Origin: a virus
DNA length: 64,000 nucleotides
Strand: one strand, 5' to 3'
IMG/VR virus record: IMGVR_UViG_3300036985_004421
Coordinates: 5,831 to 69,830 of that record
The stretch's first letter is position 1. Each line of letters starts with the position of its first letter. Made by a program: the position numbers and the translations under genes. Below, one piece after another: positions 49,033-58,131 of the stretch. Under the pieces are notes generated by a model, which saw only the letters and a program-made list of their open reading frames with translations, did no database searches and was not told where the DNA came from.

Positions 49033-49239
49033 ATGGACTATATAATTCAAGGAGTACAGATAACCAATCCAACATTTGATGTATACACCGATGGTGATAT
49101 CGGAGAGTTCACTACAGTAAAAACCAATATTATTTTTAGTGGTGGTCGTATTGATGCTTATTTGATAGGTGCGATGCCTAAGAATGAGAATGTAAATGCT
49201 TGGGCGACCATTCAATTAGCTACGTATGAAGTACCATAG
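49033..49239 (+). CDS. hypothetical protein (possible fibre chaperone)
   Basis: 68-aa ORF. Confidence 0.55.
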   Translation: MDYIIQGVQITNPTFDVYTDGDIGEFTTVKTNIIFSGGRIDAYLIGAMPKNENVNAWATIQLATYEVP

Positions 49240-49241
49240 CC

Positions 49242-49460
49242 ATGACAAAGCAGAACTTTAAGAACGCTGTAGGTGGATTCATTCTTGGGTCAGGACTACT
49301 GTACTTGTTTACTTGCACATTTGTTAAAATCCCGAAGGAGAATCAAAGGAATGCAGATACAGGCTTGATTGCTGTGATACAGTTAATCACAATGGTAGCA
49401 GCAGCTTCGTATAGAACGAACAATACAGAAGTTGATAAGGGTAAGTCTGGTGAGAGTTAA
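49242..49460 (+). CDS. putative holin (2 TM)
   Basis: two hydrophobic helices with an IPKEN loop and a charged C-terminus. Confidence 0.55.
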   Translation: MTKQNFKNAVGGFILGSGLLYLFTCTFVKIPKENQRNADTGLIAVIQLITMVAAASYRTNNTEVDKGKSGES

Positions 49461-49511
49461 ATTAAAACATACATTTACAACCTCATTTAACCAATCCTAA
49501 AAACTATTGTC

Positions 49512-49622
49512 ATGGCTGCTTCCAAGAAACCAACAACATCAAAAAAACCTGCAACCAAAAAAGGTGCTGCAGAAAAAGACTCTAAGAAACCTGCTTGGAT
49601 GGACAAGTTCAAGAAGAAGTAA
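49512..49622 (+). CDS. 36-aa Lys-rich histone-like peptide
   Basis: MAASKKPTTSKKPATKKGAAEKDSKKPAWMDKFKKK; below the ORF-track cutoff. Confidence 0.6.
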   Translation: MAASKKPTTSKKPATKKGAAEKDSKKPAWMDKFKKK

Positions 49623-49663
49623 AGTTCTGGCTCCCGCCTGTTATTGAATTTATTCAATGACTT

Positions 49664-49695
49664 AACCCTGATGCAGCAATGTGTCAGGGTTTTTT
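49664..49695 (+). terminator. intrinsic terminator
   Basis: AACCCTGATGCA-GCAA-TGTGTCAGGGTT followed by a T-run. Confidence 0.75.
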
Positions 49696-49710
49696 ATGTA
49701 GTATTGTGAC

Positions 49711-50094
49711 ATGAAAAACATCTTGTTTCTCGGTGCTTGTCTGGCCATGAGCCTTTCAGCATCCGCTTGTGTCACTACAAGTGTTAGCGCCAAAGTGACA
49801 ATCGTTGATGATGTGGGTATTGAACTTGCGGTATTTGAGCGACAGTTTGAAACCATTGTGATTTCAAATCCATTTGTGCTTGAAGAAGGTCACACCTTCA
49901 TTGAAGCTGCTGGAATAGGCAGTGGATATGAGTTTGAAGACACAAGCATCATGTGTGCGTATTGCGATGTGAATTGGCTAGATTTTCGAATAAAGCGTTG
50001 GAGTTACTACTTACCACTAACTATAGGGAAAGCTGACTCAATTGCCAAGCTCACCATCTGTAAGAGGGCTAGAGACGGATTGACAAATAGTTGA
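49711..50094 (+). CDS. secreted hypothetical protein (moron-like)
   Basis: signal peptide MKNILFLGACLAMSLSASA; flanked by terminators. Confidence 0.6.
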   Translation: MKNILFLGACLAMSLSASACVTTSVSAKVTIVDDVGIELAVFERQFETIVISNPFVLEEGHTFIEAAGIGSGYEFEDTSIMCAYCDVNWLDFRIKRWSYYLPLTIGKADSIAKLTICKRARDGLTNS

Positions 50095-50116
50095 GCAACG
50101 TTTAGGGCTAAGCGAT

Positions 50117-50164
50117 AAAAAGAACCCACCCTGTATCTTCGGACGCAGGGTGGGTTTCTGTTTT
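50117..50164. terminator. bidirectional intrinsic terminator between the convergent gene blocks
   Basis: A-run, AACCCACCCTG...TTCG...CAGGGTGGGTT, T-rich tail. Confidence 0.8.
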
Positions 50165-50172
50165 ATAGCACA

Positions 50173-50463
50173 TTAGTAGTGCTCATTATGCCATTTAATA
50201 AATTCTATGCAGTGAGCGAAGATTTGCTCCATGTCATAGGTGTACGGGTTAAGGTGGAACTGCAGACCTTTCCTCAATTCCTCTTTTTCGGTTACTACGG
50301 TTTTGATTTTACGGATTACAGGTATCAGCCAATCCCATGATTCACGGTATAGCATACAATCTACTGTGCCAGCTTTCTTGAGGTCGTGCATAAGCACTTC
50401 TGGTTCCTCTGACATGAACATAGCTATCAGTATGTTCCCTTCACGGATTTGTTTCTCAGTCAT
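50173..50463 (-). CDS. phage protein (ABA-sandwich-like)
   Basis: NILIAMFM...YRESWDWLIPVIRKI motif. Confidence 0.5.
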   Translation of the reverse strand: MTEKQIREGNILIAMFMSEEPEVLMHDLKKAGTVDCMLYRESWDWLIPVIRKIKTVVTEKEELRKGLQFHLNPYTYDMEQIFAHCIEFIKWHNEHY

Positions 50464-50468
50464 GTTTT

Positions 50469-50687
50469 CTAGAGTTCGCTTACAATATCTAATCGGTGGT
50501 CTATGTCATTGTGTAAGTATCGACCATTAACTTTCCAACTACAACCAGTACGTGATTCGTATTCGGGTTCTTTAACCCATCCGTAAAATTTGTAGTTGGT
50601 GCCATTTGTCGAATCTTCAAGTGGTTCTGTTACAAGTCCTGAACGGGTAACGTATTGTATTCCTTTTTTGAGAATTATTGGGTCCAT
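50469..50687 (-). CDS. hypothetical protein
   Basis: 72 aa; YVTRSG...W...G...DIV motif. Confidence 0.6.
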   Translation of the reverse strand: MDPIILKKGIQYVTRSGLVTEPLEDSTNGTNYKFYGWVKEPEYESRTGCSWKVNGRYLHNDIDHRLDIVSEL

Positions 50688-50692
50688 GATTT

Positions 50693-51184
50693 CTAAGTAT
50701 TGGATTTAAGTAATTGTTGTACGGTGATTTCGGCAGCTTGTAACTCGTTTTTGAGCCTTGATGTTTTTATTATCACTTTGGGCCAAAGAACTGTGTCCTC
50801 TATTGAGGTTAACCCCATAGGGTCGCTAATACGCCATTGCTCACGTGCCTTGTCTACTTTGTTCAAATGCTTAGTAAGAGTACTCCGACAGGCAGTTAAG
50901 CGATTCTGTGCGATGTTTAACGCTGTACGGGTGTCAGCTTCGATCTTGAGAATGGTCATTCGAACTTGCGCTCTAGGATATTGCACTTGAATCAAGCAAG
51001 CGCGATAGTCAAAGTACCAACGCCATTTGGTTAGTTGTTTCAAGGATAGCCCTGTCCATTCTAAATGTGCGGCTGATTGTTCGTCACGGTCAGACATTCT
51101 GTGCTTGGCTCTGATGCGAACAGCATACATAGCCATCATGTCTGGACCATGTTTAAACGACCCGTAATCATAGTCTATTTCCAT
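50693..51184 (-). CDS. hypothetical protein
   Basis: 163 aa; KWRWYFDYRA motif. Confidence 0.65.
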   Translation of the reverse strand: MEIDYDYGSFKHGPDMMAMYAVRIRAKHRMSDRDEQSAAHLEWTGLSLKQLTKWRWYFDYRACLIQVQYPRAQVRMTILKIEADTRTALNIAQNRLTACRSTLTKHLNKVDKAREQWRISDPMGLTSIEDTVLWPKVIIKTSRLKNELQAAEITVQQLLKSNT

Positions 51185-51188
51185 GTGA

Positions 51189-51491
51189 TTAAAGATTATC
51201 TCTAGCTGTTTTTACCAATTGCTTGACTTCATCAAGGTCGATGTAGTCAAGGTGGAGGTCAGCTAAATGGTGTACGATTTTACGGAGTACTGGTGCATTA
51301 GCTATCAGCTCAGCATATCGCTTAACCTCGTCAGGGTCTTGCTTAAAGTACGGTTGTACGGATGCGATACAGGTTAAGCCACCTTTATTTTCACAGATAA
51401 CAAATCCAGGGGCATCGCCATGAGAAGCTTTGTGATTTTCTCCCCAACTGGAATTTGGAACTGCTGTCCATGCACTATTGATTTTAGCCAT
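51189..51491 (-). CDS. hypothetical phage protein
   Basis: 100 aa; AELIANAP motif. Confidence 0.6.
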   Translation of the reverse strand: MAKINSAWTAVPNSSWGENHKASHGDAPGFVICENKGGLTCIASVQPYFKQDPDEVKRYAELIANAPVLRKIVHHLADLHLDYIDLDEVKQLVKTARDNL

Positions 51492-51955
51492 TACGCTTCG
51501 AATGTATAAATATTGAACATTACGTCATACGCATTGGGGTACTTGGTCTGTCTACGGGAGCCTTTCATGTAGTAAGAGCCACAAGTAATTATACCTGTGA
51601 TGGCGTTCACATCATGAATAATATCCATCGTGCCTATTCGAGCAAAACGGAATGGAGTAGGTTTGTCAAACTCCAATGTGCATATCTCTTCGTTTGGCTT
51701 CCAGTGCAAGGTAAATCCATCGCCTTTATACTCGCGATTGAATACGCTGGTCTTTACGGTAGCCCACTTGAGCCATGCAGTTGCACCATCGTTCTCAATA
51801 GCTTTAGCAAGCTTCTGGAAGCTCATTACGTTTGGGAACGTAGCACCTTCATCATCGCTAAAAGTATCAAGCGATAGCAAATCATCATTGGGGTCCATTA
51901 CCATGTCCTCGGTGCATTGCCATAATAGGCTGGTGTATTCTTTAGATTCACTCAT
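51491..51955 (-). CDS. hypothetical protein
   Basis: 154-aa ORF, TAATG coupling. Confidence 0.6.
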   Translation of the reverse strand: MSESKEYTSLLWQCTEDMVMDPNDDLLSLDTFSDDEGATFPNVMSFQKLAKAIENDGATAWLKWATVKTSVFNREYKGDGFTLHWKPNEEICTLEFDKPTPFRFARIGTMDIIHDVNAITGIITCGSYYMKGSRRQTKYPNAYDVMFNIYTFEA

Positions 51956-51958
51956 GGT

Positions 51959-52237
51959 CTAAGTATTTGGAGTTGGTTCACAGATAGCTACACGGTAGCC
52001 AGCTTTTACGAGTTTAGGTAAGTACGTATCTAATCGGTGCGAAGGAAACCCTGCCAAATTCTGCAGGGTTCCATTTTTGTCAGCTCTCTTAGTAAGCACT
52101 ATACCAAGTACGGATGATGTAGTCACAGCATCTACATCAAAGGTTTCGTAGAAATCTTCTACACGAAACCAAAGTACAGCATCAGGGTATTTTTCCTTGA
52201 TTTTACGATACTGAACTATCAAAGGTGTATTAGTCAT
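51959..52237 (-). CDS. stand-alone MutS domain I (mismatch-recognition domain)
   Basis: TPLIVQYRKIKEKYPDAVLWFRVEDFYETF...AGFP...YLPKLVKAGYRVAICE. Confidence 0.9.
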   Translation of the reverse strand: MTNTPLIVQYRKIKEKYPDAVLWFRVEDFYETFDVDAVTTSSVLGIVLTKRADKNGTLQNLAGFPSHRLDTYLPKLVKAGYRVAICEPTPNT

Positions 52238-52662
52238 TAGGATGCAGCTTTAAGTAATTGTAAGTGCTCTCCTTTATCAAGGTCTAAGCTTTCAAAGTAC
52301 TCAGTCGCAATTCTTGCTGACAAGTCTTGATTATCAAAATCAAACCCTTCACACGCATTGGCCCATTCCCAGAAAGCAATATGCTTATCCATGTCATAGG
52401 CTTCATCATCTTCATCATTCCATGTTTCTACAAGGTCGCGGTCATAGATGATAACTATTTCGCGATACCTTCCAAAGTCATGGTCAAACGATTTAGAAGT
52501 GATCCAGGCAATTCCATTAAACGCTTCTGGTACGGGGTGAGCTTTCTCAATGAACTCTTCACATACTCTCATTTCAACTGATGCTTTAGCAGAGTAATCA
52601 GGTTTGCCTAATTGAGCAAAGCCAGCACAGCCAATGTTTAGGTAATCGTAACGGCTATTCAT
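52237..52662 (-). CDS. hypothetical protein
   Basis: 141 aa; FDHDFGRYREI motif. Confidence 0.65.
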   Translation of the reverse strand: MNSRYDYLNIGCAGFAQLGKPDYSAKASVEMRVCEEFIEKAHPVPEAFNGIAWITSKSFDHDFGRYREIVIIYDRDLVETWNDEDDEAYDMDKHIAFWEWANACEGFDFDNQDLSARIATEYFESLDLDKGEHLQLLKAAS

Positions 52663-52664
52663 GA

Positions 52665-53018
52665 TTAGTGTGTATAATCGAATGAGAACTGTTTGTTCTT
52701 AAGAATTACGGAGAAAGGCTCGCTTTCAATTTGCACAGATGAATCATACTTGGACTGTGCATAATAGTAGCATCTGTTACCGCTGATGCGAATATCCTCT
52801 ACGTCACTTCTGAAATCAGATTCAATTGTTTCGTCATCAAAGTATTCGATGTCACCATGTGGCATAGATACTTCCACTCCATGACGAATAGAGTATTGCA
52901 CATGCTTACGAATGCGGTGTAATTGTTCATCCGTAAATTCAATGCTTACGTACTGTGGAGTGTCAACGGAATCGTTGCTATTCGATGCAATGTTCAAAGA
53001 GATTTGATGTGTCGCCAT
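52665..53018 (-). CDS. hypothetical acidic protein
   Basis: 117-aa ORF. Confidence 0.6.
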   Translation of the reverse strand: MATHQISLNIASNSNDSVDTPQYVSIEFTDEQLHRIRKHVQYSIRHGVEVSMPHGDIEYFDDETIESDFRSDVEDIRISGNRCYYYAQSKYDSSVQIESEPFSVILKNKQFSFDYTH

Positions 53019-53029
53019 AATGTTTCAGA

Positions 53030-53179
53030 TTAAAAATTATATTCTCCTGATTCATCTTCGGACCAGTATTCGAATGGCATGTTACCGAAGATTGATTGTA
53101 CGTGGTCAATAAGCTGTGGCAGATTCTCACATCCACAGTTATTGTCAATAATGCTAGAGCCAATTATCCTAAAGGACAT
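53030..53179 (-). CDS. small hypothetical protein (49 aa)
   Basis: MSFRIIGSSII...EYNF; fills the gap between genes. Confidence 0.4.
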   Translation of the reverse strand: MSFRIIGSSIIDNNCGCENLPQLIDHVQSIFGNMPFEYWSEDESGEYNF

Positions 53180-54683
53180 TGTGTAGTATTGGATATTTAC
53201 CAGTAGGCTTGTACTTATTGGAATACCTATCAGGCAACCAATTACGCTTAGATGCTACATGCATATTGAATTGCTCCCATACCCACGGGTCACGAAACGT
53301 CATGTGCAATGTTCCTTTCTTCCAGAATTTGAAATCAAAGAAGTGAGAGCTGCATGTATTGTCGAATGAATCACCTAGGCGAATGGTTCCAAGTCTTTCG
53401 AATTTGGTTTCAAGTACTTCTATGGATGTGTAAATGGATTCATGTCTATCACCTGTAATTAAGCATAGTGCTTTGTCAATATCTTCAAATTGAGATTTGC
53501 GATGATAGCCTATGCGAAACTTACCGGACTTGTCTTGATTGTATTTGTTATCGAACTCAATAAACCATGGAACGATAACCTTACGGTTGACTTTGAATGC
53601 ATCGTTTGTTTTCCATCCCTCTACATGCACACGATTATCATCATGGTACTTAGTCATGGTTTCGAACACATCAAGCAAGGCTGTTTCCAAAATACTGATA
53701 CGATTAACGAATAGCATTTCAAACACGGCCTTGATATTATCTTCCGTGAATGCCATCTGCCCTTGAGAGGAAGTGTAATTGTGGAAGTTAGCACGTACAG
53801 TACTGGTCATGTACTTCTCAAGCTTAGTCTTACTAAAGATGTTGTTCCATGCGCGAGCACTAAGCTTTTTTGATACGCTATTGAACATCTTTTTAGGATT
53901 GCTAGATATTTCATCTTTGAGAAAGTGTTCAAGATGAAACGAATCAGATAGCAATGGCTTGGTAAGCATGTCAAGCTTGGCCAATGATTTGCACAGAACA
54001 ATAAGCTCTGCTCTGGAACGTTGATACATAGCCACGTAATCACGGATAGCATCAGGTATCATCAATCCCGTTTCAATGGAGTTTTCATCGAAGTCAGTGA
54101 ATGCTTCTTCCTTATCTAAACCGATAAAGAATGGGTCCTCATTAGCAGCCAGTTTTTTCTTAAGCCGTACAATAGCTATCTCAACGCCTGTCTTGCGCTC
54201 TGCTTGCGTAAAAGTATCTGAGTGATACTCTACTGTGCCATGCTCACAGATAATCGAATACAGAAGCTGTCTGCGCTTAGTGTTTGCATTGCGGATTGTA
54301 TTCGCATTTAATATGCAAACGATGTCCGTGTTCCCTGCAATATCCCATGCGTGTAGTAAATGCTCGTCACCATTGGAAAAAGGTGGATTCATTAGAATCA
54401 AATCGTAATTAGCATCAGGAACAAACTTGAGAAAGTCGGTGCCTACAACAGATAGTCTTTTCCCACGAAGTACATTCTGTAAGTCAGGGTCAATCTCTAT
54501 GCAGTCAATTTGAACACGACTTTCCTTGTCTGTAATGAATTCAGCTATGTCACCTTTGCCAGCAGAAGGCTCAAGGATAGTTAGGTCGCGCAAACCGTAG
54601 TCATTATAGCGGCCTGTTCTATAGGGCGCAAGCATAAGCTCAATCACCCCTTCGGGCGTTGGGTAAAACTGTTCTCCAAACAT
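53169..54683 (-). CDS. DUF4942-type amino-methyltransferase (likely N6-adenine DNA MTase)
   Basis: QFYPTP, ILEPSAGKGDI (SAM binding), ILMNPPF (catalytic), C-terminal FWKKGTLH. Confidence 0.85.
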   Translation of the reverse strand: MFGEQFYPTPEGVIELMLAPYRTGRYNDYGLRDLTILEPSAGKGDIAEFITDKESRVQIDCIEIDPDLQNVLRGKRLSVVGTDFLKFVPDANYDLILMNPPFSNGDEHLLHAWDIAGNTDIVCILNANTIRNANTKRRQLLYSIICEHGTVEYHSDTFTQAERKTGVEIAIVRLKKKLAANEDPFFIGLDKEEAFTDFDENSIETGLMIPDAIRDYVAMYQRSRAELIVLCKSLAKLDMLTKPLLSDSFHLEHFLKDEISSNPKKMFNSVSKKLSARAWNNIFSKTKLEKYMTSTVRANFHNYTSSQGQMAFTEDNIKAVFEMLFVNRISILETALLDVFETMTKYHDDNRVHVEGWKTNDAFKVNRKVIVPWFIEFDNKYNQDKSGKFRIGYHRKSQFEDIDKALCLITGDRHESIYTSIEVLETKFERLGTIRLGDSFDNTCSSHFFDFKFWKKGTLHMTFRDPWVWEQFNMHVASKRNWLPDRYSNKYKPTGKYPILHNVL

Positions 54684-54688
54684 GGTCG

Positions 54689-54940
54689 TTAGGATAAAGG
54701 TTTAAATGGTTGACAGATAAAAATGTAATTACTGTCTGTATCAGCGCGAGCAATAGGATTGTGGCCACGTAGCGTAAGCCACTCAAGTATTTGCTCGTTG
54801 GGCGTGGTACTGGTATCAACATCAAGTCGAACTTTCTGTTGATAACGTTCGGAAGTAATTTCAAGAAAGCAGTCGCCAAGTTTGCCAGCAATATGCTTTC
54901 CCGTAATTATGTGACCTTCGGGAATAGATTGTATGTCCAT
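54689..54940 (-). CDS. hypothetical protein
   Basis: 83-aa ORF. Confidence 0.55.
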   Translation of the reverse strand: MDIQSIPEGHIITGKHIAGKLGDCFLEITSERYQQKVRLDVDTSTTPNEQILEWLTLRGHNPIARADTDSNYIFICQPFKPLS

Positions 54941-54942
54941 CG

Positions 54943-55188
54943 TTATTTAACTATGAAGTTCTGAACGATTTTACTGTGGGTTTTGGTCAAAGGAATGCGC
55001 TTCGCGACACTCTTAGAACTCTGTGGAATGACTAGATACTTAGCATCCCAATCAGTACCACTCAGATTACCCGATTTAGCCATACGCTGTAACGCATGGT
55101 CGGTATCTCTTCCTACGTAATTACCCATAGGCGATAGGTCGCCAGAGGATAATAATTTATATACACAGTATTTGCGGTCTTTACTCAC
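54943..55188 (-). CDS. hypothetical protein
   Basis: 81-aa ORF, GTG start. Confidence 0.5.
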   Translation of the reverse strand: MSKDRKYCVYKLLSSGDLSPMGNYVGRDTDHALQRMAKSGNLSGTDWDAKYLVIPQSSKSVAKRIPLTKTHSKIVQNFIVK

Positions 55189-55433
55189 GATTTAGGCAGT
55201 ATGGAAACAGAAACTACTTCTTCTTTACTTGGATGCATATCAACAGAGTAGTCGAATACAGCATCATCATCATCAGTCATAGGGTCACGAAGCATGCCCA
55301 TACGACAATTCTTGTCGAAGATGGTGCGTGCTTCTTCCTCACTATTGGCATCAATAATGAATGTGCCCTCGAATGTGGCGAGGGTCTTTAACTCAAATCG
55401 TTTCAAGTCAGTACAGTTCTGGCCACGTAGCAC
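55185..55433 (-). CDS. hypothetical protein
   Basis: 82 aa; IDANSEEEA motif. Confidence 0.5.
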   Translation of the reverse strand: MLRGQNCTDLKRFELKTLATFEGTFIIDANSEEEARTIFDKNCRMGMLRDPMTDDDDAVFDYSVDMHPSKEEVVSVSILPKS

Positions 55434-55803
55434 GAGCTTTAATTACGCTGTGGTCACGGGCTAATTCACGTTGCTTGTAATTGGTACTGGAACCTCTACC
55501 GAAAAATTCTTCTCTGGTGGTGGTTGCTCCACGCTTCTCACCTGCAATGAAGCCTTCACGGTAACGGTCTTTGACCATTTCGTTCAACTCTTCAGTGCTG
55601 TCAAGTAACGCATTAAGCGTCTGCTCCAACGTATCGAAGTCAGCTTCCTTGATAAGATACTGCTTGTGAGCATTACTGAACTCAAGTGAGTTAGCCCCAT
55701 ACTTGGTACGCTGCCTATTGTCATAAGCAAGGTTACGCGAACGCATGGCGCTGATGATTGCTAAGGATTGCTTAACATGGACTTCAAGTGATGTGCTTTG
55801 CAT
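55408..55803 (-). CDS. hypothetical protein
   Basis: 131 aa; start preceded by TCACTATC. Confidence 0.6.
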   Translation of the reverse strand: MQSTSLEVHVKQSLAIISAMRSRNLAYDNRQRTKYGANSLEFSNAHKQYLIKEADFDTLEQTLNALLDSTEELNEMVKDRYREGFIAGEKRGATTTREEFFGRGSSTNYKQRELARDHSVIKARATWPELY

Positions 55804-55856
55804 GATAGTGACTAACCTTAGTTATTCGTTTAGGTGTGTTGTTATTGGTACTGTGG

Positions 55857-55976
55857 TCAGAGGCAAGGGTCAGCATCGCTGTAGCATATATCGCCATGAC
55901 CTGTTGGGCTGTCGTCTATTTCGTCATACTCTTCCCAACCATCATCTTCATCAGGGTCAAATTGATTGTTGTGCAT
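55857..55976 (-). CDS. 39-aa acidic peptide
   Basis: MHNNQFDPDEDDGWEEYDEIDDSPTGHGDICYSDADPCL. Confidence 0.5.
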   Translation of the reverse strand: MHNNQFDPDEDDGWEEYDEIDDSPTGHGDICYSDADPCL

Positions 55977-55978
55977 GG

Positions 55979-56434
55979 CTATGGCATAGTACCGTTGTCT
56001 CCGAAAGAGTAGTAGTTATCTTCGGTAAGGATGATGTGGTCTAATACTGATATGTCAAACAGAGCAAGGCCGTGTTTGATTTTTCGTGTAAGGTCGATGT
56101 CGTCCTGACTTGGGTGTATGTTTCCACTAGGGTGATTGTGACATAGCACCACAGCAGATGCAAGCGATTCGATTGCATACTTGGCTACTATGCTTGCATC
56201 ACATACAGTACTAGCTACACCACCCTGTGAAATCTTCACGTAGCCTATGGTGTTATTAGCGCGATTCAGCAGTATAAGAAAGAAACTTTCGTAGATACTG
56301 ATGTCGTCATAAAAGAACTGTCTACAAAATTCAGAAGCAATTATGCTCGACTGAATCTTCACTTTTTTGAATTCGGAATCTCCTTTTTCAGATACAATGG
56401 TCAACTTACGTGATACTGTTTTGTAGGTAGTCAT
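55979..56434 (-). CDS. radC: RadC-family JAB/MPN domain protein
   Basis: ESFFLILLNRAN, HNHPSGNIHPSQDD, VLDHII. Confidence 0.9.
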   Translation of the reverse strand: MTTYKTVSRKLTIVSEKGDSEFKKVKIQSSIIASEFCRQFFYDDISIYESFFLILLNRANNTIGYVKISQGGVASTVCDASIVAKYAIESLASAVVLCHNHPSGNIHPSQDDIDLTRKIKHGLALFDISVLDHIILTEDNYYSFGDNGTMP

Positions 56435-56533
56435 GTGGTCGTTGTATTAGTAATTGATTAGTACGGTACGGTGATAACGTTGGCTTGGCGCAATGCGGGA
56501 TAATAAATTCTCGCACTAGCGCAAAGCAGGGCG

Positions 56534-56716
56534 TTATGCTCTGTGGTCAATGAGTTTGTATTCTGATACGGTCATAGCTTGGCATGAACCTGCTTGCCAG
56601 CCTATGTGGTCAGGGTCAATGGCTAGATACTCTTCGACATCATCGTAGATGGTATCATCATAGCTGCATACGTGCACAATCGCTGTGCTAAAATCTAAAA
56701 CAATAATCGTTTTCAT
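56534..56716 (-). CDS. hypothetical protein
   Basis: 60-aa ORF. Confidence 0.5.
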   Translation of the reverse strand: MKTIIVLDFSTAIVHVCSYDDTIYDDVEEYLAIDPDHIGWQAGSCQAMTVSEYKLIDHRA

Positions 56717-56958
56717 CTCTTGGTATAGTCTTTAACTAATTCGATATATACGGATTGGCGTATTACGGTAAGCTGTGTACCGTCTTTGTCAGCACTAAAC
56801 TTGCATGAGAGCACTTCATTCGTCAGGGTGTTGTAGACTTGGGTGACGTATGCTATACGTCTACCCCAAGCTACTTCATATACCTTTACTCCTATTACGC
56901 CAACGGTAACAGAACTGATTTCTTTATGCTCTATTGGAATACCTGAGTTAGACATCAT
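56713..56958 (-). CDS. hypothetical protein
   Basis: 81-aa ORF. Confidence 0.5.
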   Translation of the reverse strand: MMSNSGIPIEHKEISSVTVGVIGVKVYEVAWGRRIAYVTQVYNTLTNEVLSCKFSADKDGTQLTVIRQSVYIELVKDYTKR

Positions 56959-57826
56959 CGATGTCCGAATCTCCGAACACCTTGTCGATTATTTCATTAA
57001 GGTATACGGTAGTCATATCTTTAGCTTCATTGGAGCGTAGAATCTCTACGAGCTTACCAAAGTAGGCTACATCAACTCCAATCAATTGTTCCTCTAGCAC
57101 ATCAGGGTCAGTCAAGTCCAGCAAGGATATCTGGAACATAATCTTTAACTGCTCTCCTGCATTCACATTCCAGTTACGCTTAAGGAATTTCTTTAGGCGT
57201 ATGATGGATGTCAATGGGTATAGGCTACCCTGATACTTAAGTTGCTTGGTAAGGATAGAAGTAAGTGCATCAACGTTGAGCACCAATCCAGCTTTGAATG
57301 TCCAGTAGTTGGTAGCATGGATGAAGTCAAACGTTTTGTGAATCTGCTCCGCATTACCGTGGAAGCGGCAAACTATCTGCACATCATCGGATAGGCTGAT
57401 TGCGTTTGGAGAAAAGAAGTTCACGCGATATGGTACTTGGAGCTGATCTTCTTTGTGCTCCACAGGATAACCCCACCCAACGTATAACTTGATTTGGTCA
57501 GGCTTGAGAGTGCGTACAGCTACGTCATACTCTGCAACTGATAAGCCGCCATATTCTTTGCGGATAAGCTCGTCTTTGTAGCGCCCGTCAAATATTTGTA
57601 CATCGTACTTTTTACAGTAGTATTCACATAGGCGTTTGAGTACGTCCATGTCCATGATGTAAACGTCATAGTCGTTTACCTGTTCATTGGTTAGCATGGA
57701 TGCTATACAGCCGCCAGTCACTAGGATGTTGTCACGTACTGCATCGCGTAGTGAGTCGTCCTTGATAGACTTTAGCCATTCGTTCATCTTGGCCTTGATG
57801 TTTTTGCTGATGGTTTTTGTTTGCAT
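56948..57826 (-). CDS. Pol-beta-superfamily nucleotidyltransferase
   Basis: TGGCIASML...VNDYDVY (GG...DxD) and FDFIH motifs. Confidence 0.7.
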   Translation of the reverse strand: MQTKTISKNIKAKMNEWLKSIKDDSLRDAVRDNILVTGGCIASMLTNEQVNDYDVYIMDMDVLKRLCEYYCKKYDVQIFDGRYKDELIRKEYGGLSVAEYDVAVRTLKPDQIKLYVGWGYPVEHKEDQLQVPYRVNFFSPNAISLSDDVQIVCRFHGNAEQIHKTFDFIHATNYWTFKAGLVLNVDALTSILTKQLKYQGSLYPLTSIIRLKKFLKRNWNVNAGEQLKIMFQISLLDLTDPDVLEEQLIGVDVAYFGKLVEILRSNEAKDMTTVYLNEIIDKVFGDSDIDDV

Positions 57827-57840
57827 GGTATTGATTTAGA

Positions 57841-58131
57841 TTATCTTCCGTAATACTGCCACAATACAGCATTGCAATAGCTATGAACGGCACCTTCGGT
57901 CATACCCGTTTCATGGTCATGCTGTAAGTGAATAGGGTACTGTAGAAAATTAGGTGGAAACAAGTTCCAATTGATTTTCTTTGATGTGATGTGAGTGGGT
58001 GCAGCCTCACTTAAGCTACACCCACAATGGTGACAAAGATTCGATTGCTCTTCAATATACTGCAAACGTACCTCTTTCCTTTCACGCCAATCCAGCTTCG
58101 TGTAATCTACAGGAAGTGTTCGCTTGGTCAT
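57841..58131 (-). CDS. endonuclease VII-like (His-Me finger) protein
   Basis: QSNLCHHCG...HLQHDHETG...VHSYCN; start reassigned to ATG 58131. Confidence 0.7.
   Translation of the reverse strand: MTKRTLPVDYTKLDWRERKEVRLQYIEEQSNLCHHCGCSLSEAAPTHITSKKINWNLFPPNFLQYPIHLQHDHETGMTEGAVHSYCNAVLWQYYGR

Noticed and set aside
7909-50094. Stop-codon reassignment as seen in some crAss-like phages
   Set aside because: Structural genes are long and contiguous in the standard code, TAG and TGA both end genes, and no suppressor tRNA was seen
55910-55960. CUGAUGA...CGAAA hammerhead-like words on the - strand
   Set aside because: No convincing stems I-III; better explained as codons (PDED...DEI) of the acidic peptide gene
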